Assembly: GCF_001194135.2 (NCBI RefSeq)
Contig: NC_068982.1
Coordinates: 168,331,723 to 168,395,722 of the forward strand
DNA length: 64,000 bases
Direction: 5' to 3'
From: Octopus bimaculoides
Taxonomy: Eukaryota
The position numbers were made by a program, and so were the translations under genes. The notes under the pieces are model-generated. The model searched no databases, was not told where the DNA came from, and worked only from the letters and a program-made list of their open reading frames with translations. Below are positions 1-14,243 of this stretch, piece after piece (positions within the stretch are counted from its first letter, which is position 1; each line of letters opens with the position of its first letter).

Positions 1-255
1 TAGAGTAACCTGAAGAGTTTGTCATACGTTGATTGATGAAAATATTATAAAACATCAGAGTATAAAAGAGTCACCAAATATCCGCAGTGCCCTAGATTAT
101 GATCTCTTTCTATCTTCTTTTAGCTAACAAAGTTTTTTGTAGTTGCATATAAATCAATATAAAACTAGTTCTTTTTTAAATATAACAATGGCTATATGTA
201 TACAAAAAGTTATTTTTCCAACATGATAAGAGCGAAACAAATAATAAAAATAGGC

Positions 256-271
256 GAGAGAGAGAGAGGGG

Positions 272-308
<37 letters not shown>

Positions 309-580
309 TGAGAGAGAAAAGGAGAGACAGAAAGAGAAATAAAGAGACAGAGATAGACAGATATAAACATAGACAAAGACGGTTAAAGATATCTAGATAC
401 TTACATAATATATTCAATGATCGACGGACAGGCAGATCGATTAATAGATAGATGAATACATAAATAGATAGACAAATAACTAGATAAGTATATAAAGAGA
501 AAGACGAAAAGCTAGGTAGCTAACTCGATAGACAAACAGACACACAGATACTTAGGTAGATATTTAGGTAGATATTTAGG

Positions 581-626
<46 letters not shown>
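256..626. repeat. (GA)n and (GATA)n microsatellites
   Basis: Read directly from the sequence. Confidence 0.95.
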
Positions 627-627
<1 letters not shown>

Positions 628-1018
628 TGAGATCGATAAACAACGAAAGATATAGTACATATCCCATGGCAGTAATACAAGTAAAATAATTATAATTCTT
701 ACAGTTGAATGTATCATAAGTTCAATGTGTCATAAGCGATATAAACGCGAAGTCGAAAACTAATCAGATATTCAGCTATTTTCTTAATTAAAATACCGGT
801 ATTTATTACTGCTTTATTTGTTATAACCAACGAAATAAATTAGTGTACTACTTAATCTCTTTCATCGGTTTGCCTTCCTTGGCATAGAATTGGACATCAA
901 GATATTCAAGTAGACGCGAGATATATTTATATCCTTGCAAGAACTACTTAGTTATATCCAATGAAGGCGCTTCAGCTATAATCAGCTTCACAATCAATTC
1001 CATCAAATCATTTTACTA

Positions 1019-1021
<3 letters not shown>

Positions 1022-1075
<54 letters not shown>

Positions 1076-1108
1076 TATACACACACACGCACACATACAT
1101 ACACACGC
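1022..1108. repeat. (CA)n
   Basis: Read directly from the sequence. Confidence 0.97.
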
Positions 1109-2475
1109 AGAAATAAGAAATATAACATTCGTCTAATTTATTAACAAAATCATCTAGAGCATGAGAAAGACAAAAATAAATTATTATTCTCCAGTTGATA
1201 AACATTGCGTTAAGTAAGAACAATCGTGTTTCATTAATTATGTTTTCTTTGTATAAGCTAATTGGCCTATTACTTCCGGTCATTTAGTTTTGCTTTAATA
1301 AGCTGATTAAGTAATTTTACATTACTTTCATTACCGCCATTGTTTGATTGTTTTTTCCGAATTACTAAATTCATTGTGTCCCTTTTAGCAATTCTAACGA
1401 TAATAGGGTTACAAACACGATATGTTGAGGCCTATAATCGGCGAAGAAAAAGATTTAGTCTATCACTTCAGCAATATATTCCCCTGCAATATTTGTTTCT
1501 TCACTTAAACTGCCAAGAAGAATGGCACTAAGCAATTACTTGCATAAATGATCCCAGAAAATGACTGTTCGCCAATATTGCTCTGAACTTTCATTTTTAT
1601 TATCTGTTTATTCTAAGCAAAGACTGCTGAATGTTGAATTTTAGTTGCCCAAGTTTCACTGGGAGATTCCGAAACACACTTTTGGATAATTAACAAAAGT
1701 GAGTTAGTGGGAAATAATTCAAGTTGACTGCTGGCATTTTAATTATGCAAATTACAGCTGACTCAGAAACTTCAAAATTCGCTTCTCTGAGTGAAAACGT
1801 CCGTCGATTTATCAAGCAAGCTCAAATTTTAAAAAGCCTGGTCTGACGAAATCCAATGAAAGCGAAACATATCTACAACTATCACTATGACTAATACCAT
1901 GTACATTAATTTTGCGAAATCCTTTCTTTATATCTTGAAATTATTATGCCTTTCTCTCAGAGAAGCTAACACTAGGAAATTCAGAAGCTACATAAGCTGA
2001 CATAAGGGACAATAAAACCTTTGGTGCTATTTTTGTTTACCATCAGCTCAACACTGACTCATCAGACTTATATTCAATGGCGTATCATTCAGACTATCCA
2101 CTATTCTGTTTCTACGTGTGCATTAATGAATGCATCATTTTTGAGACTTTGTGTTCTAACTTCAGGAAGATTTTCCCGCCCTTTCTCGTAAGATCTCTCC
2201 CTGGATCATTTTAAATGATCTTGTCTGTATATGTACACAACGGTTGAGTGGATCATATGCAAGTTTCTTACAGCGCTAGAGTTGCCAGATTGCGTTCAAG
2301 TAAATGCGCTGATATACACTTTGGGAAATGCCATAACATTTTCAAGCCTAATGACTGCGACGGAAAGAATGAAAGATTTGTGCAGTGGTAGGATGACAAG
2401 CTTACTGAAAATGACGTGAGATTTATGGATTTACAGTATTGAAATCTGAACATCCTAGTCGAATGAATGACTTAC

Positions 2476-2528
2476 CCTTTCCAAGTGGAAATACAGCTAG
2501 CTGTTCTTCCAGTTTGGTGTGTCTGTAT
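2476..2528 (-). CDS. Candidate internal exon (53 nt; acceptor ambiguous)
   Basis: CCATTAAACAG| ... AGG|GTAAGT. Confidence 0.3.
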
Positions 2529-2955
2529 CTGTTTAATGGCTGGCGGAACACAGGATTAGGTCGATATTAAAAATGAACCATGACATTAATTCAAGTAATT
2601 AGTAATTTAAATTTTGGAGAAATCTCAATAGTATTGATTCACCAAGTTGAATAGTTGATTTTCAATGAGCATAGACTTTAAATTAGAAGACGCTAAATGT
2701 CAAAATGAACATTTGGATATTATCAACTTCGTGATGAAAGTTATTGCTGGCTTATTCGAAATCAATCTAGATTATAGACAACATTGGAATAGTAGTATTC
2801 AGGAGAGTTGTATTTCCAATGAATTTTTTATGGAAATTATATTAAAAAAAAAAATTATATAATTACAACGCCATTTCCGATCCGTACGGCACCAACATGA
2901 AAATAGAATGTGAAACTACTAAACCAAGATAATGGTCAATAAGGGAATATTTTAA

Positions 2956-3006
<51 letters not shown>
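2956..3006. repeat. (TTA)n at the LINE 3' end
   Basis: Read directly from the sequence. Confidence 0.97.
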
Positions 3007-3007
<1 letters not shown>

Positions 3008-5061
3008 GTCTTATATTTATCACGTGCTTTCACTGCACTACCGAACGCAGCTCTGTGTGCCTTGGGTATGTGCTGTGGTTTGCTGTGATGCTCTTATTTT
3101 TACTGTATTGGAAGTGTTTTACGTGGATGTGTGCGATGCCAAGTTGTGCTATTTTTTCTATGCTATATATACTTGTAAGTCCTGATGTTTTTGTTATGTA
3201 ATTGTCCAAATATTGTTTTATCAAACCTAACGCGCCTACTATGATAGGAATTGTTTCTGTTTTTAGACTCCACATTCGAGTTACCTCTATTTCCAAGTCT
3301 TTGTACTTTGAAAGTTTCTCCGTTTTTCTTTTAGAGAAATATTGTCATCTGTTGGTATTGATACATCGATTAGAAAGCACTTTTTCTTGATGATCTCCGA
3401 CAACTAAATCTAGCCTTTTGGTCTTAATTTCTCTAACTGTGTGTATTGGCATATCACATAATATGGCTGCTTTCTCATTTTCTGTGACCTTTACTGGCGT
3501 GTACCTATACCATCTTTTTTCTGTTCTTATTCCATGGTGTTGGCATAGCTTCCAGTGTATATTGGTAGCAACTCTCTCGTACCTGTGAATATATTGCTTC
3601 TTAGCCAGGACTGGGCATCCAGAGACGACGTGATTTATTGTTTCTTTCCATCTCCACATATTCTGTAATTACTTGTATTTCTTTTCATTACATGTTTTTG
3701 GTAATTTCTTGTGGGCAGGCTTTGGTCTTGTGCTGCAATTAAATATTCTTCAGTCGCTGCTTTGAGTCCTGAGCTTCTTAGCCATTGTTGCGACTTTGCT
3801 TCGTCAATTTCTTTCCTGTTTATTTTAACTAAGTATTTGCCGTGATGGGGATTTTCTTGCCATCGTTCTATTATGATCCGTTGCCGTTCCAGTTTCAGTT
3901 TGGATTTCAGTTGTTTTACAACTTATGCTGTTTCTACTTTTTCTTCATAGTTGTTAGGTATTATGACTTCTTTTTTGTATTTCCCAGCTTCCTTAAAGTC
4001 TGAAAACAATGTTTTTTTTGTTTTGTTCGTGTCTTGTGGCTATTTGTATTAGTTTTCCTTGCTTCTGAAGTAGGTATTTCCGTAGTCCGTTGGTGCTTAT
4101 TTTGTAATAGATTTTTAGCTGTTTAAGACCTCTACTATATACGTTGTATATATAAACTGTCTATGTCAGATATTGTCTGGTGCATCCTAAATCCTGTCAT
4201 TAAGAAGTGGTTGATTGTTTTACCGTAACAGTTGTATCCACATCGAGTTCTGTTTAGCATGTCAGATAAAAGCGTCACTGCTAAGCAGAAAAGGAATGGA
4301 GAGAGTGTGTCTCCCTGGAATATTCTTCATTTAATGGAGATGGCTTTGGTTTCTATGAGTCCCTCTTTTGTCTGGAGTTGTAGCACTGCCTGCCATTTAT
4401 TCATGGAATGTTTTTCTATATTTTATGATTATTGGCGCTACCTTATTCATGGCTAGTGTTTCTAAGATTCACGCCTTTCGATAATCGATCCAGGCCATAC
4501 TTAGACCCTTCTTCTTTCTGTGGATGTCTTTAGTTATGGCTATATTGATCAGTAGCTGATCTTTACAACCGTATAAGCCCTGGCAGCATCTCTTCTGCTC
4601 TTCCGAAAACAGTTTGTTTTCTTCCAGATGCTTACTAATTCTCTGCGATATTATTGCAGGAAAGGCTTTGTAAATTGTAGGGAGACAAGTTATGGAGTTG
4701 CCGTTTCAGTGGTTTCGGGAATTAGGATGGTTTTGTCTTCCGTGAGCCATTCAGGTATTGTCTCTGGCTCTCCTTTTATTTCATAAAATTTGTCAGCCAG
4801 CTTTTTATATGTTCCTGTTAGGTGTTTTAACCAAAAGTTAGGAACTTATCTTGCCCAGGTGCCTTCCAGCTGCTTAGTTTTTGCAGTGTCCTGGTTGATC
4901 TCTTCAGTTGTTATAGGGATCCACAGTTGTTCAGGTGTTGTTTTCGTTGTTTTGATAGACCTTTGCTGGGGTTGTTCTTTCGCCGACCATATCTCTTTCA
5001 AAAATTCTTCTATTTCGTCTGTTGTTAGGGCTGCATTAATCTCTATTTCCTTTTCGCAAAG
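3007..5061 (-). mobile_element. R4/Dong-like (RLE-clade) non-LTR retrotransposon, 5'-truncated, internally deleted, frameshifted
   Basis: Minus-strand frames give RT motifs (VPNFWLKHLT, IPEWLTEDKTILIPK, IFQGDTLSPFLFCLAV), a CCHC knuckle (ETINHVVSGCPVLAKKQYIHRY), an RLE region (ILCDMPIHT..RLDLVV; EIEVTRMWSLKTETIPIIVGALG), then a 3' UTR and (TAA)n. Many stops and frameshifts. Confidence 0.9.
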
Positions 5062-5272
<211 letters not shown>

Positions 5273-6052
5273 GCATGTGTTGATTGACAAGCCCTATTAC
5301 AAGTAATTAGATTCTGAGTCTTAACCAATTCTGCTGATTCGGACTGATTTTGTGGAAAATGAATATGAGTATAAGTAAGAGAGGAGTCTCGGTAGTTTAA
5401 CTGTTAGATTGTTTGATGTCGGTTATATAATGGCTAGATGATACATACATACATCACATTTAATACTTTTATTAGAAATTTTACTTGCATTGTAAAATAG
5501 TTTATTTGAAAACTATGTAAGAAATATTTACCGCGATATACTTACGTCCTTTTCATTTTTGAGATAAAATCTCGTTTGAATCACACTATATATTTCATTG
5601 TTGTGATTAAATTATAATTTGTCAAACACTGATGTTGATTGTAACTCTCTCCAAACATTAGTAGAGTTTCGTTATTTAATTAATATTATATTCCATTTTG
5701 TTTAGAAATGCTATATGTAACTTTATTTTCGAATTATTTCGATCGAGTCACTAAAGAAATGGATATGTCCTGGGTTTATATATTTTCTGTTTCAAATATT
5801 TACTAACACGAACGATCACCATTTTGTAAACGGTAAATTGAAGCATCATTCTATCTATCCATTAATCCGCCTCTCTCACTCCCTCTAGCTCACTCTCTTT
5901 GTTCACACACATGCACACTCATACATGCAAAGTGCATGTATGTGCATACATATATATTTTAGACTCACGTGTATGTATACTTATACACATCCCTACACAC
6001 AGATATATATATATATATATATTCTTATATCCATATATGCATATATATTTAC

Positions 6053-6084
<32 letters not shown>

Positions 6085-6256
6085 GTGTACCCATATAATA
6101 CACAATATATATATATATATGTATNNNNNNNNNNNNNNNNNNNNNNNNNNNNNNNNNNNNNNNNNNNNNNNNNNNNNNNNNNNNNNNNNNNNNNNNNNNN
6201 NNNNNNNNNNNNNNNNNNNNNNNNNNNNNNNNNNNNNNNNNNNNNNNNNNNNNNNN

Positions 6257-6289
<33 letters not shown>

Positions 6290-6416
6290 TATATATATAT
6301 TTGGGTGGGAATGGTTCTGTTATACAGTGCCGTGTCCGTTAAATAATAATAATGGTGTGTATATAATCTTAAAGCTAATGGTGATCACCGTGAAATGACC
6401 AAGGAAAATAGTCTTA

Positions 6417-6508
6417 TAAAGGGGTATATAAACACTCGACAGATAACTCTAGCTTTTCTATCTGCGTAAAGCCTTCTTTTTTCTGTCGAGGGCTTATGTG
6501 CCCCTTTA
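6417..6508. other. Hairpin: 27-bp arms, 4 mismatches, with an inner GCTTT/AAAGC stem
   Basis: TAAAGGGGTATATAAACACTCGACAGA versus TCTGTCGAGGGCTTATGTGCCCCTTTA. Confidence 0.8.
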
Positions 6509-6794
6509 TTAAACAATTTTCCTTAGTCATTGCACGGTGATCGTCATAAACTTTAAGCTTATATAAACACCATTATTATTATTATTAACAGGATTGTAAA
6601 ACACAGCACCGTATGACAAATCCATTCGTACCGAAAGACCATAGATACATACGTACATACATATATACATACATATATACATACATGCATGGATACATAC
6701 ATGCATGCCTACATAGACACATACACACATACATACATACATGACCATGGGAATGCTCCTAGAAAGTTATCCTCTGAGGTACAAGTCCGGACAG

Positions 6795-7054
6795 ATATTT
6801 TATGGAAGGACAGCAGTCATCCATACATACCAGACTACACTCTCCACGGCACCGATATTATCCAAGGGAAAGAAAAAGGTTGGTACAGCTTGACACCAGT
6901 CTCGTTGCAACTCATTTCTACAGCTGGAGCAACGTGAAATAAAGTGTATTGCTCAAGAGCACACACACAGCCCATTCTGGGAATCGAACTCACTACTTCA
7001 TGATTGTGCGACCGACGCTCTAACCAATGAGTAATCAATGAGCCATTCACCTTC
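6795..7054 (-). mobile_element. tRNA-derived SINE (family C)
   Basis: Head TGGTTAGAGCGTCGGTCGCACAATCATGAAGTAGTGAGTTCGATTCCC; homologous to 35270-35362. Confidence 0.8.
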
Positions 7055-7529
7055 GTACATACATACACATATATGCATATTTACACACGTAGACTAACGA
7101 ACATATATGTACGGAAAAGAAACTATAGTATATTAAGAAAACCTTAAGTATATTAGTCTTTACATTTTTAGTGTAAGGAGTGTTATACTACTAAGTTTCT
7201 CTGAATTAGCTGAACAAGGTATATGTGGTTGAGAATGCTTCATATTGTTACCACATATGTGTTTATGTACAACTCCGTTCTTGATATTGCTACTGGAGGT
7301 TTTGAATATAAGAATGATAGAATTTCGTACTACTATTCCTTAGATTTTGAGAAGTACCGACCTTTCCAGAATGGTCTCCTTATCCTTTGGGACAATGTAA
7401 TTAATTTTATCATTCAGTCCATTTCCTTTCATTGTCTTATTGTAATATTCAGCGCTACTATTAAATACTTGCTCATTAACCGAAAATTTAGATTTAGAAC
7501 GAAATATTTCTAGCTAGATTATGATACAC

Positions 7530-7650
<121 letters not shown>

Positions 7651-8751
7651 ACTGAGAGAGAGGTAGGAATATAATGCGATAATTTCCATTTTTGCAAGGT
7701 AATTATTTTCTGTAGGAGTCAATAGTTAATTGACCCGACCATAGAGATTGCATTTATATTATCATTGATATTCAAAGGATTTGATTTCAGAAATATAGAC
7801 ACTGTAAATGGGTTGCATGTAATATCAATTATCCCTCTCTTTTTTCTGTAAGAGTTGGGAAGGTAAAAGAAAGAAATACAGATTTTTCTTTGAATGGTCA
7901 CTTCCTGAAATTTCATTTGATGTTTATTTTATCTAATCTTTCATCTAGGTGTAGAATAAACCATCATTAAATATTTCTGCATTTAGTTATGATTTTCGAC
8001 CCCACACTTCATTCGAATTGCTTCCCAGTTCAAAAGGAAAACTCACCAAAAAAAAAAAACATCTTAACTTGCCTACTTGCTACCCACTATTGCCAATTCT
8101 TCAGTTTGTTGCACATTCTTTTTGACAGCAGAAGAATAACACTTGTTCGTGTCGTTGCATAAGTACACATGCAATTCTAACGTACTTTGATTAGTGATCT
8201 TATATGAAAAGGAAGTTAAACATTTTCCGTTTTGGTTTTTCCTTTCAAAGCCACCATATATCTATTTCAGCCTGTATACTTCAACGAACATCTAATCTGT
8301 TGAAACTGAAGTGGAAATAAATGTACAGCAATGTACTTTTCTTATGTCCCAAATGCTGATATATATTAGAGATAGCAGTTATAGAAAAACCTTGTTAATG
8401 GTTCGATAGTCATATACTGATATTTCTGAAAGTGTGCGTGCTTCGGTGTAACCACTGGTGTATTGCTTCATGGAAATGGGGCCACAACTTTAAAAGAAAT
8501 CTTTTATGAAAGGCGATAATATAAAACAAAGGGCAGGAGAAAAATCTCATGAAGCAAATCTATTTTCTTTTCACTATACATCATTTTATTTGCAACATCT
8601 TCAAATAGTATCGGCACTGATATTAATAACAACCGTGTGAATAGCAAAAAGAGGATCACGGCTGCTATCATAATTGTTTTCACCATTCGAAGCTACCTCA
8701 CCAACCTAAATATTCTTACCTTCCTCTGAAATATTAATACTATTATCGTTA

Positions 8752-8756
<5 letters not shown>

Positions 8757-8828
<72 letters not shown>
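8757..8828. repeat. (TTA)n at the LINE 3' end
   Basis: Read directly from the sequence. Confidence 0.97.
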
Positions 8829-9410
8829 GTTATGAACAGTCAGAACTTATTTTGCTGGGTACGATTGAAACTGTCAGCTGTCCACAGACATCAGACTAAG
8901 GTAACACTTGTTTACTGGTCATGCTTCAAGGAGTCTGCGAAAGAATTCTTGCAGTTCCAAGCAATGCTGATTTTTGTAGGTGTTCTACCTTCGCACTCGC
9001 ACCAATTATTGTTGGTACCACGTCTAATCTTCTCATTGACCACAAACTTCGTATTTCCCACTTCAAATCATGATAGCTGTTTATATTTTCTTCTTTCACA
9101 TTGATCCCGTTGTCACTGGGGCATGCTATATCGATTATCATGGTTGTTCTTTCTTTTTTATTCACCAGAACAATGTCTGGTTTCCGATGTCTGGTCGGAT
9201 GATCGCCCTGGATCATTGTATCCCACAGAATCTTGCAATTCTCATTCTCGGTGACTCCTTCTGGGGTTTGCTCATACCACGTCTTTGCTCTTTGTAGGCC
9301 ATGATTTTCAGAACTCCCAATGGATCATTCTTGACACATTGTCATGGCGTCATTTATATTCGCGTTCTGTCAATCTCGGGCACTCGCTAACGATGTACCA
9401 TGCCGTATTA
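8829..9410 (-). mobile_element. R4/Dong-like LINE 3' fragment, second family (CCHC + RLE)
   Basis: WYIVSECPRL..YK.RHDNV, RKPDIVLVNKKERTTMIIDIACPSD, DLKWEIRSLWSMRRLDVVPTIIGA, QKSALLGTARIL. The 3' end abuts (TAA)n at 8757-8828. Confidence 0.88.
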
Positions 9411-9494
9411 GTGTCCATATCATCGATTATCTCCACCCTCAAAATATCAGCCATATGTAGGCCTATGTATTGTATATAAGTATAAAGTATTTCA

Positions 9495-9710
9495 GGATGG
9501 AGATCGGGAGAATCGGTAAAGTGTTAGGAAATATGCTTTACGGTATTTAGTTACGGTTCTTTACTTTACAAGATCAAATCACGACGAGGTCACTGTAAAC
9601 TTTTAATTCTCTGAGGTCAGTAAAAGCAAGAGCTACTGTGGATTTAATCGATTGACCTCTCCCATGAATTTCAGGCTTTGGGTTAATATCAGAAAGAAAT
9701 ATTATGTTCG
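9495..9710 (+). mobile_element. Decayed SINE (family A)
   Basis: Diverged match to the 61465-61660 copy. Confidence 0.55.
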
Positions 9711-10239
9711 GTGAATTAGCTGATTAGTTAAAGCTGACGGGAGAAAATTATTTGCGACAGTTGTTGTAGCACTTGATGTTTAGTGTTCAAAGTCAGCTTT
9801 CTTTTTATCCCACCTGGCTTAGTGAAATAAAATATTAGTTAAGCATTGTGTGCCATCTAATTGACTAAATACCCCCAACAAATTCACGGTGTTGTGCTTA
9901 TCTAAGATACAATCAATATTTTTGTTTTTTTCTTCTACTTGAATTCTTTTGTTTCCTACTAATTTTCATTATCTTGTCCATAATTTGAGATTTGACTTTC
10001 TATTAATATATATAATTTCTTAGATTTGCGGGCAATATTTTTATCGTTATACATTCTACAAATATCAATTAAATATATTTCAAATACCGAAAAATGCTTT
10101 GTTGGATTTAGGTTACAAAAAGATCCTCTCAGCCAACTTAAGTCACACTACGTTTTGCTGATACAAATATGCTAGTAGTTGTCTGCCTATTTAATATTGA
10201 TTTCAAACTCTGAGACTAAGCTAGTAATTTCGGTGAGGA

Positions 10240-10388
10240 GATAACTCGATTACATCGACCAGAGTGCTCAACTGGTACTTATTTTATTGACTTCGAAAGA
10301 ATTAAAGATGGAATTTGAACTCGAAATGTGTAGACGGGCAAAATGGCGCCATACATTTTCCCCAGAGTGCTAACAATTCTGCTAGTTA
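10240..10388 (-). mobile_element. SINE fragment (family A)
   Basis: CGATTACATCGACC..CAACTGGTACTTATTTTAT..GAATTTGAACTC is the reverse complement of family A motifs. Confidence 0.7.
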
Positions 10389-11082
10389 ATATTAGCATCA
10401 TAGAAGTCGTAGAATGCAGTCGAACACCAAATTGGTTCTCGTGGAGCTTTCGTCTTACATAACGTCATAATATCTTACAAGTATATATTCTGAAAATACC
10501 ATAAGCAGAGATACGAAAATTCATCGCTTTACAGAAGTTTTCAAAATATTCTATGATGATTTTCCGATATAAAATTAAATGGTTCTTTTCAAATTAAGGG
10601 GTCACGTTGAACGTCCGAATTATTATAGTTTGCATGTTGATTGAACACAAAGTCATATAGCTACAACTATAAAGTGTTCATAATTCCAGTTAACATTAGC
10701 AAAGTAGCTACAATTGAATGTTTTAAATCTGTTGTTATAACCAACCGTTCCCCAACAATGAGCATTATGTTACATTAAATATATGCATATTTCCTTAAAA
10801 TTTATCCGATAACATTTATCTGTATGTGTGGTTCAAAAAATGTTTAGTTTGGAACCCCATTTCAAAATCTGATTTGATACACTACACCATTTAATGTCAA
10901 CCTCTGCAGTAGTTGACTTCAGATTCCGCCATATACCTATTGCCTGTGAAAACTGATTTTGTACATTGTTAATATAAATCGATATTACTTTAAAATTCAT
11001 TCGAATAATATATCATAGCATGAAAAGCAGAATTGATTATCTTTATGAAAAATCTTAATGTTTTTATTTTTTTATTTTCGAC

Positions 11083-11143
<61 letters not shown>

Positions 11144-11172
11144 GTTGTTGTTGTTGTTGTTATTATTATTAT
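11083..11172. repeat. (TTA)n(TTG)n
   Basis: Read directly from the sequence. Confidence 0.95.
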
Positions 11173-12519
11173 TTTACAATATTGCGAGTGTGATGCAGAT
11201 ATTCAACGTCAATTATAGTCATTTAAGTCTTGCGCTAATAGAGGGCTAGCGTCGCCCTCTTGCAATGTCTATAAATAGCTTAAATAGCTGCTCCTACAAT
11301 TAAGATAATTAACAATATGTTCAATATTATAGAAGTTTCAGAAATCAAATATAATGGAATTTATTTTCTTGCGCATTGAGTTGTATCATAAATGTCACGG
11401 CATCCCATATACCACTACTAAATATCTCTGATGTCATGCTTATTTAAGAAATTATTTATCACTTTCTCTTGGTTACTATTCAACTCTAAATCAACATCAA
11501 CAACAATATCAAACGCAGATCTGTCTCTTTCACTCCAGTCTGCTACCACTGGAAAAATAATTATCTCAGCGAAATTTGTTTTATGGCTTGAATGTATAAT
11601 TATTTCAAAAGTTGAAAACAAAGGCCAATTAATTATTCTAACAACTATACAGTTACCGAACCGAAATGTTTTCTGCTGGATATTAAGCAAATTACGAGTT
11701 AAAGAAATCATTTCTCAACGAATGGCGCATTGTTGTCGACTAACTATTATGCAGACACTTTTATGCCTGTCATTTTCTTTTTATAAGTAGTGCAAAATTA
11801 CTTAAATTCTTGAACGCTTTTCAAAAAAAAAAAAAATCATTTAAATTTTTAGTTAGTATGTTAGGTAATTCTATATATAAATTTAAATTATTTCAAACCA
11901 CAATATTATTTCAAATCACAATAATAAATTTGTAATGTGTTTTGGAAGCATAAATACCATTTCAAAATAAAATACTGATTTTTCTCTTTTTCTAAGGAAA
12001 TTAAATTTGAAATTTCAAAAAATTGCTTTAAACTCAAATATGAAACAGTTTTTAGGTAATTTAATAAGTCTACATTATTTTATGAAATACTTAGAACTAT
12101 TTGATGTCATCTCATTAGAAAACTCGATTATGTTTTCTCAGCAGGCTAAAAGTTATTGCTTTTTTTTTTGTTTTTGTTTCTGTTTGCCGAGTAGCGCAAT
12201 AAATTTAAATTATGCGATTTGTTACTACTCGATATCTACCTTAACTTTGAAGGAACATACTAAAGACTACATATGTAGGCGACGAATTGGTACAGTCAAT
12301 AGTGAATCACACTCAATGCCTTGGGATATTATTTCTATATCTTATACTTCAAATTCAAATCCCTAATTTATTCTTTTTGGAGCAGAAACTAAAGTACCAC
12401 TATGGGCAGTGAATAGGGGAAAATAGTAAAAATGATGAACCAATTTCAGTTATCATTTCAATGACCCAACCTCAATGCTTATTTGGACGGTAGGCTTAAA
12501 TATGTGGAGCTTTGGATAC

Positions 12520-12590
12520 CTTTAGCCGAGTCCACTCTTTGGCGAGTATTCGGAAGGATTCTACTTTCCACCCCATCAGTCTTGAAGACC
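12520..12590 (-). CDS. Candidate internal exon (71 nt; two open frames)
   Basis: ACACTTTACAG| ... AAG|GTATCC; higher GC than the flanks. Confidence 0.35.
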
Positions 12591-14156
12591 CTGTAAAGTG
12601 TCATGATAATTGCATTTCTGATTGAAAAGATACTTTTGTAAAAGTCGGTGTTCTATGTTTCGACGTCTCGCTGTCTCCATTAAATTGCTGAGAACCTTTT
12701 AGTTAATTTTTTGACAAATAATATCATGAATTTCAACGTAATCAACGTAATGAAAATTAAATAACTATATTTTTAAAGTGATGTTTCGAATATAGATGAA
12801 GATGAATTTGAAAGCTTAATAATTTAAGAGCAGAAAATTTTCCCACATAGACGAAACAATCTAAATTGTCAATTCAAAACCTAGTCTACTCTTTTATTAC
12901 GGTGTATATTCCAGGATTCCACAAGACATATTTGGGTTTCGGATAGTCATTAATTTATACATAAGTGGCAGTAATCATTGCCTTTTGAGTAACAGAATAG
13001 TATAAATGAATAATGTAAGTATAAATAAAATTACAAAAAGCTGTAATAATGAGGTTGAAAAAATGTATTGCACAATCGTTCGAATTTTAATTACAAGACG
13101 TCGAATGATAATTGATACATATATATAAAGGTAAAGGAACAATCAGTCAGCACGTTGAGAAAAGTAGATATGTTTGTAGTATCAACGAGAGAGAAGAGTG
13201 GTTAATATATTTGTGTCACTGATAGAAGTCATTTAGCTAGACGTGTGTTTAATGGTTGTCGAAGAGTGTGTAATCGGTTAACTTCCAAGTGCTCTAGAAT
13301 ATTGAATATTTGTATTTTTATAAGCTTTTAGAAATTTAAATAATTTAGACTCTGAAAAAGTGACCTGCCCTTTAAATGGTAATACATATTCTTACTATTT
13401 AAGATATTATACATATTTTAAGATCTAAAGCATATTGCCTTGAAATATTATAACAACTAAAGCATATTGCCTAGAAATATTAATTTATCCTGATGTATTT
13501 CTATTAGCAAATTTGTCTTGCTTACTTGTTTTCTACATTATTTTGAGGTTCTATAAGCAAATAATCGAACTAAATAGTGAAATGTTCAGAAAAGAATCCC
13601 ATTAATCCATACTCAGAACTGATTAAGTTGCAGTATATCTGGAGAATACAATTATACAATGTATTCTAAAACTAATATGGCTGTCTCAGATGCAAATTGT
13701 ATCCATGTGTTGATCTACTCAGAGCATCTGATTTATAAATATTTCAGGAAATGATATAATTATAAAGGACAGATTATTTTTATGTTTTTATTGCCATGCT
13801 GTTCTCTTTTTCTTTACAGTCAGATAAAATAGAATTCTCACTACTCTTGAGACTTTTATCCATTCACTCACTTAAGCTCTTCATTTACGCTTTCAATCTA
13901 CAATGTAGTTTCCAGTATCAAACTTGATCAATATAAAACAATCCACGGGAGCATTTTAAGATTTTGTCCTGTCAGGAGAAAGCACGATTAGATCATTTTA
14001 TTACGTAATTTATTACTTTTCATGTCTCAATCTGAATATAAACACTCAAATTTGCTATTAGACCCTCTGAAGTCAATAGTGTATGTGTATTAATCTCACC
14101 TGCTTTCTTCTTACTTTACATATTGAAGTGTTTATTGTATTTTTAACTCCAGTATC

Positions 14157-14168
14157 GAATAATAATAA

Positions 14169-14243
<75 letters not shown>

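Noticed and set aside
2025-2072. CTGATGA followed by a TCAG/CTGA stem on the minus strand
   Set aside because: GAAA is absent and stems I and III do not form.
12640-12700. Hammerhead-like GAC..GTC-GAAAC on the minus strand
   Set aside because: No CUGANGA, no NUH site and no stem I.
13425-13482. 32-bp-period tandem duplication (also 11890-11925, 18910-18995, 19237-19282)
   Set aside because: Ordinary local duplications; no unique spacers, so not CRISPR-like.
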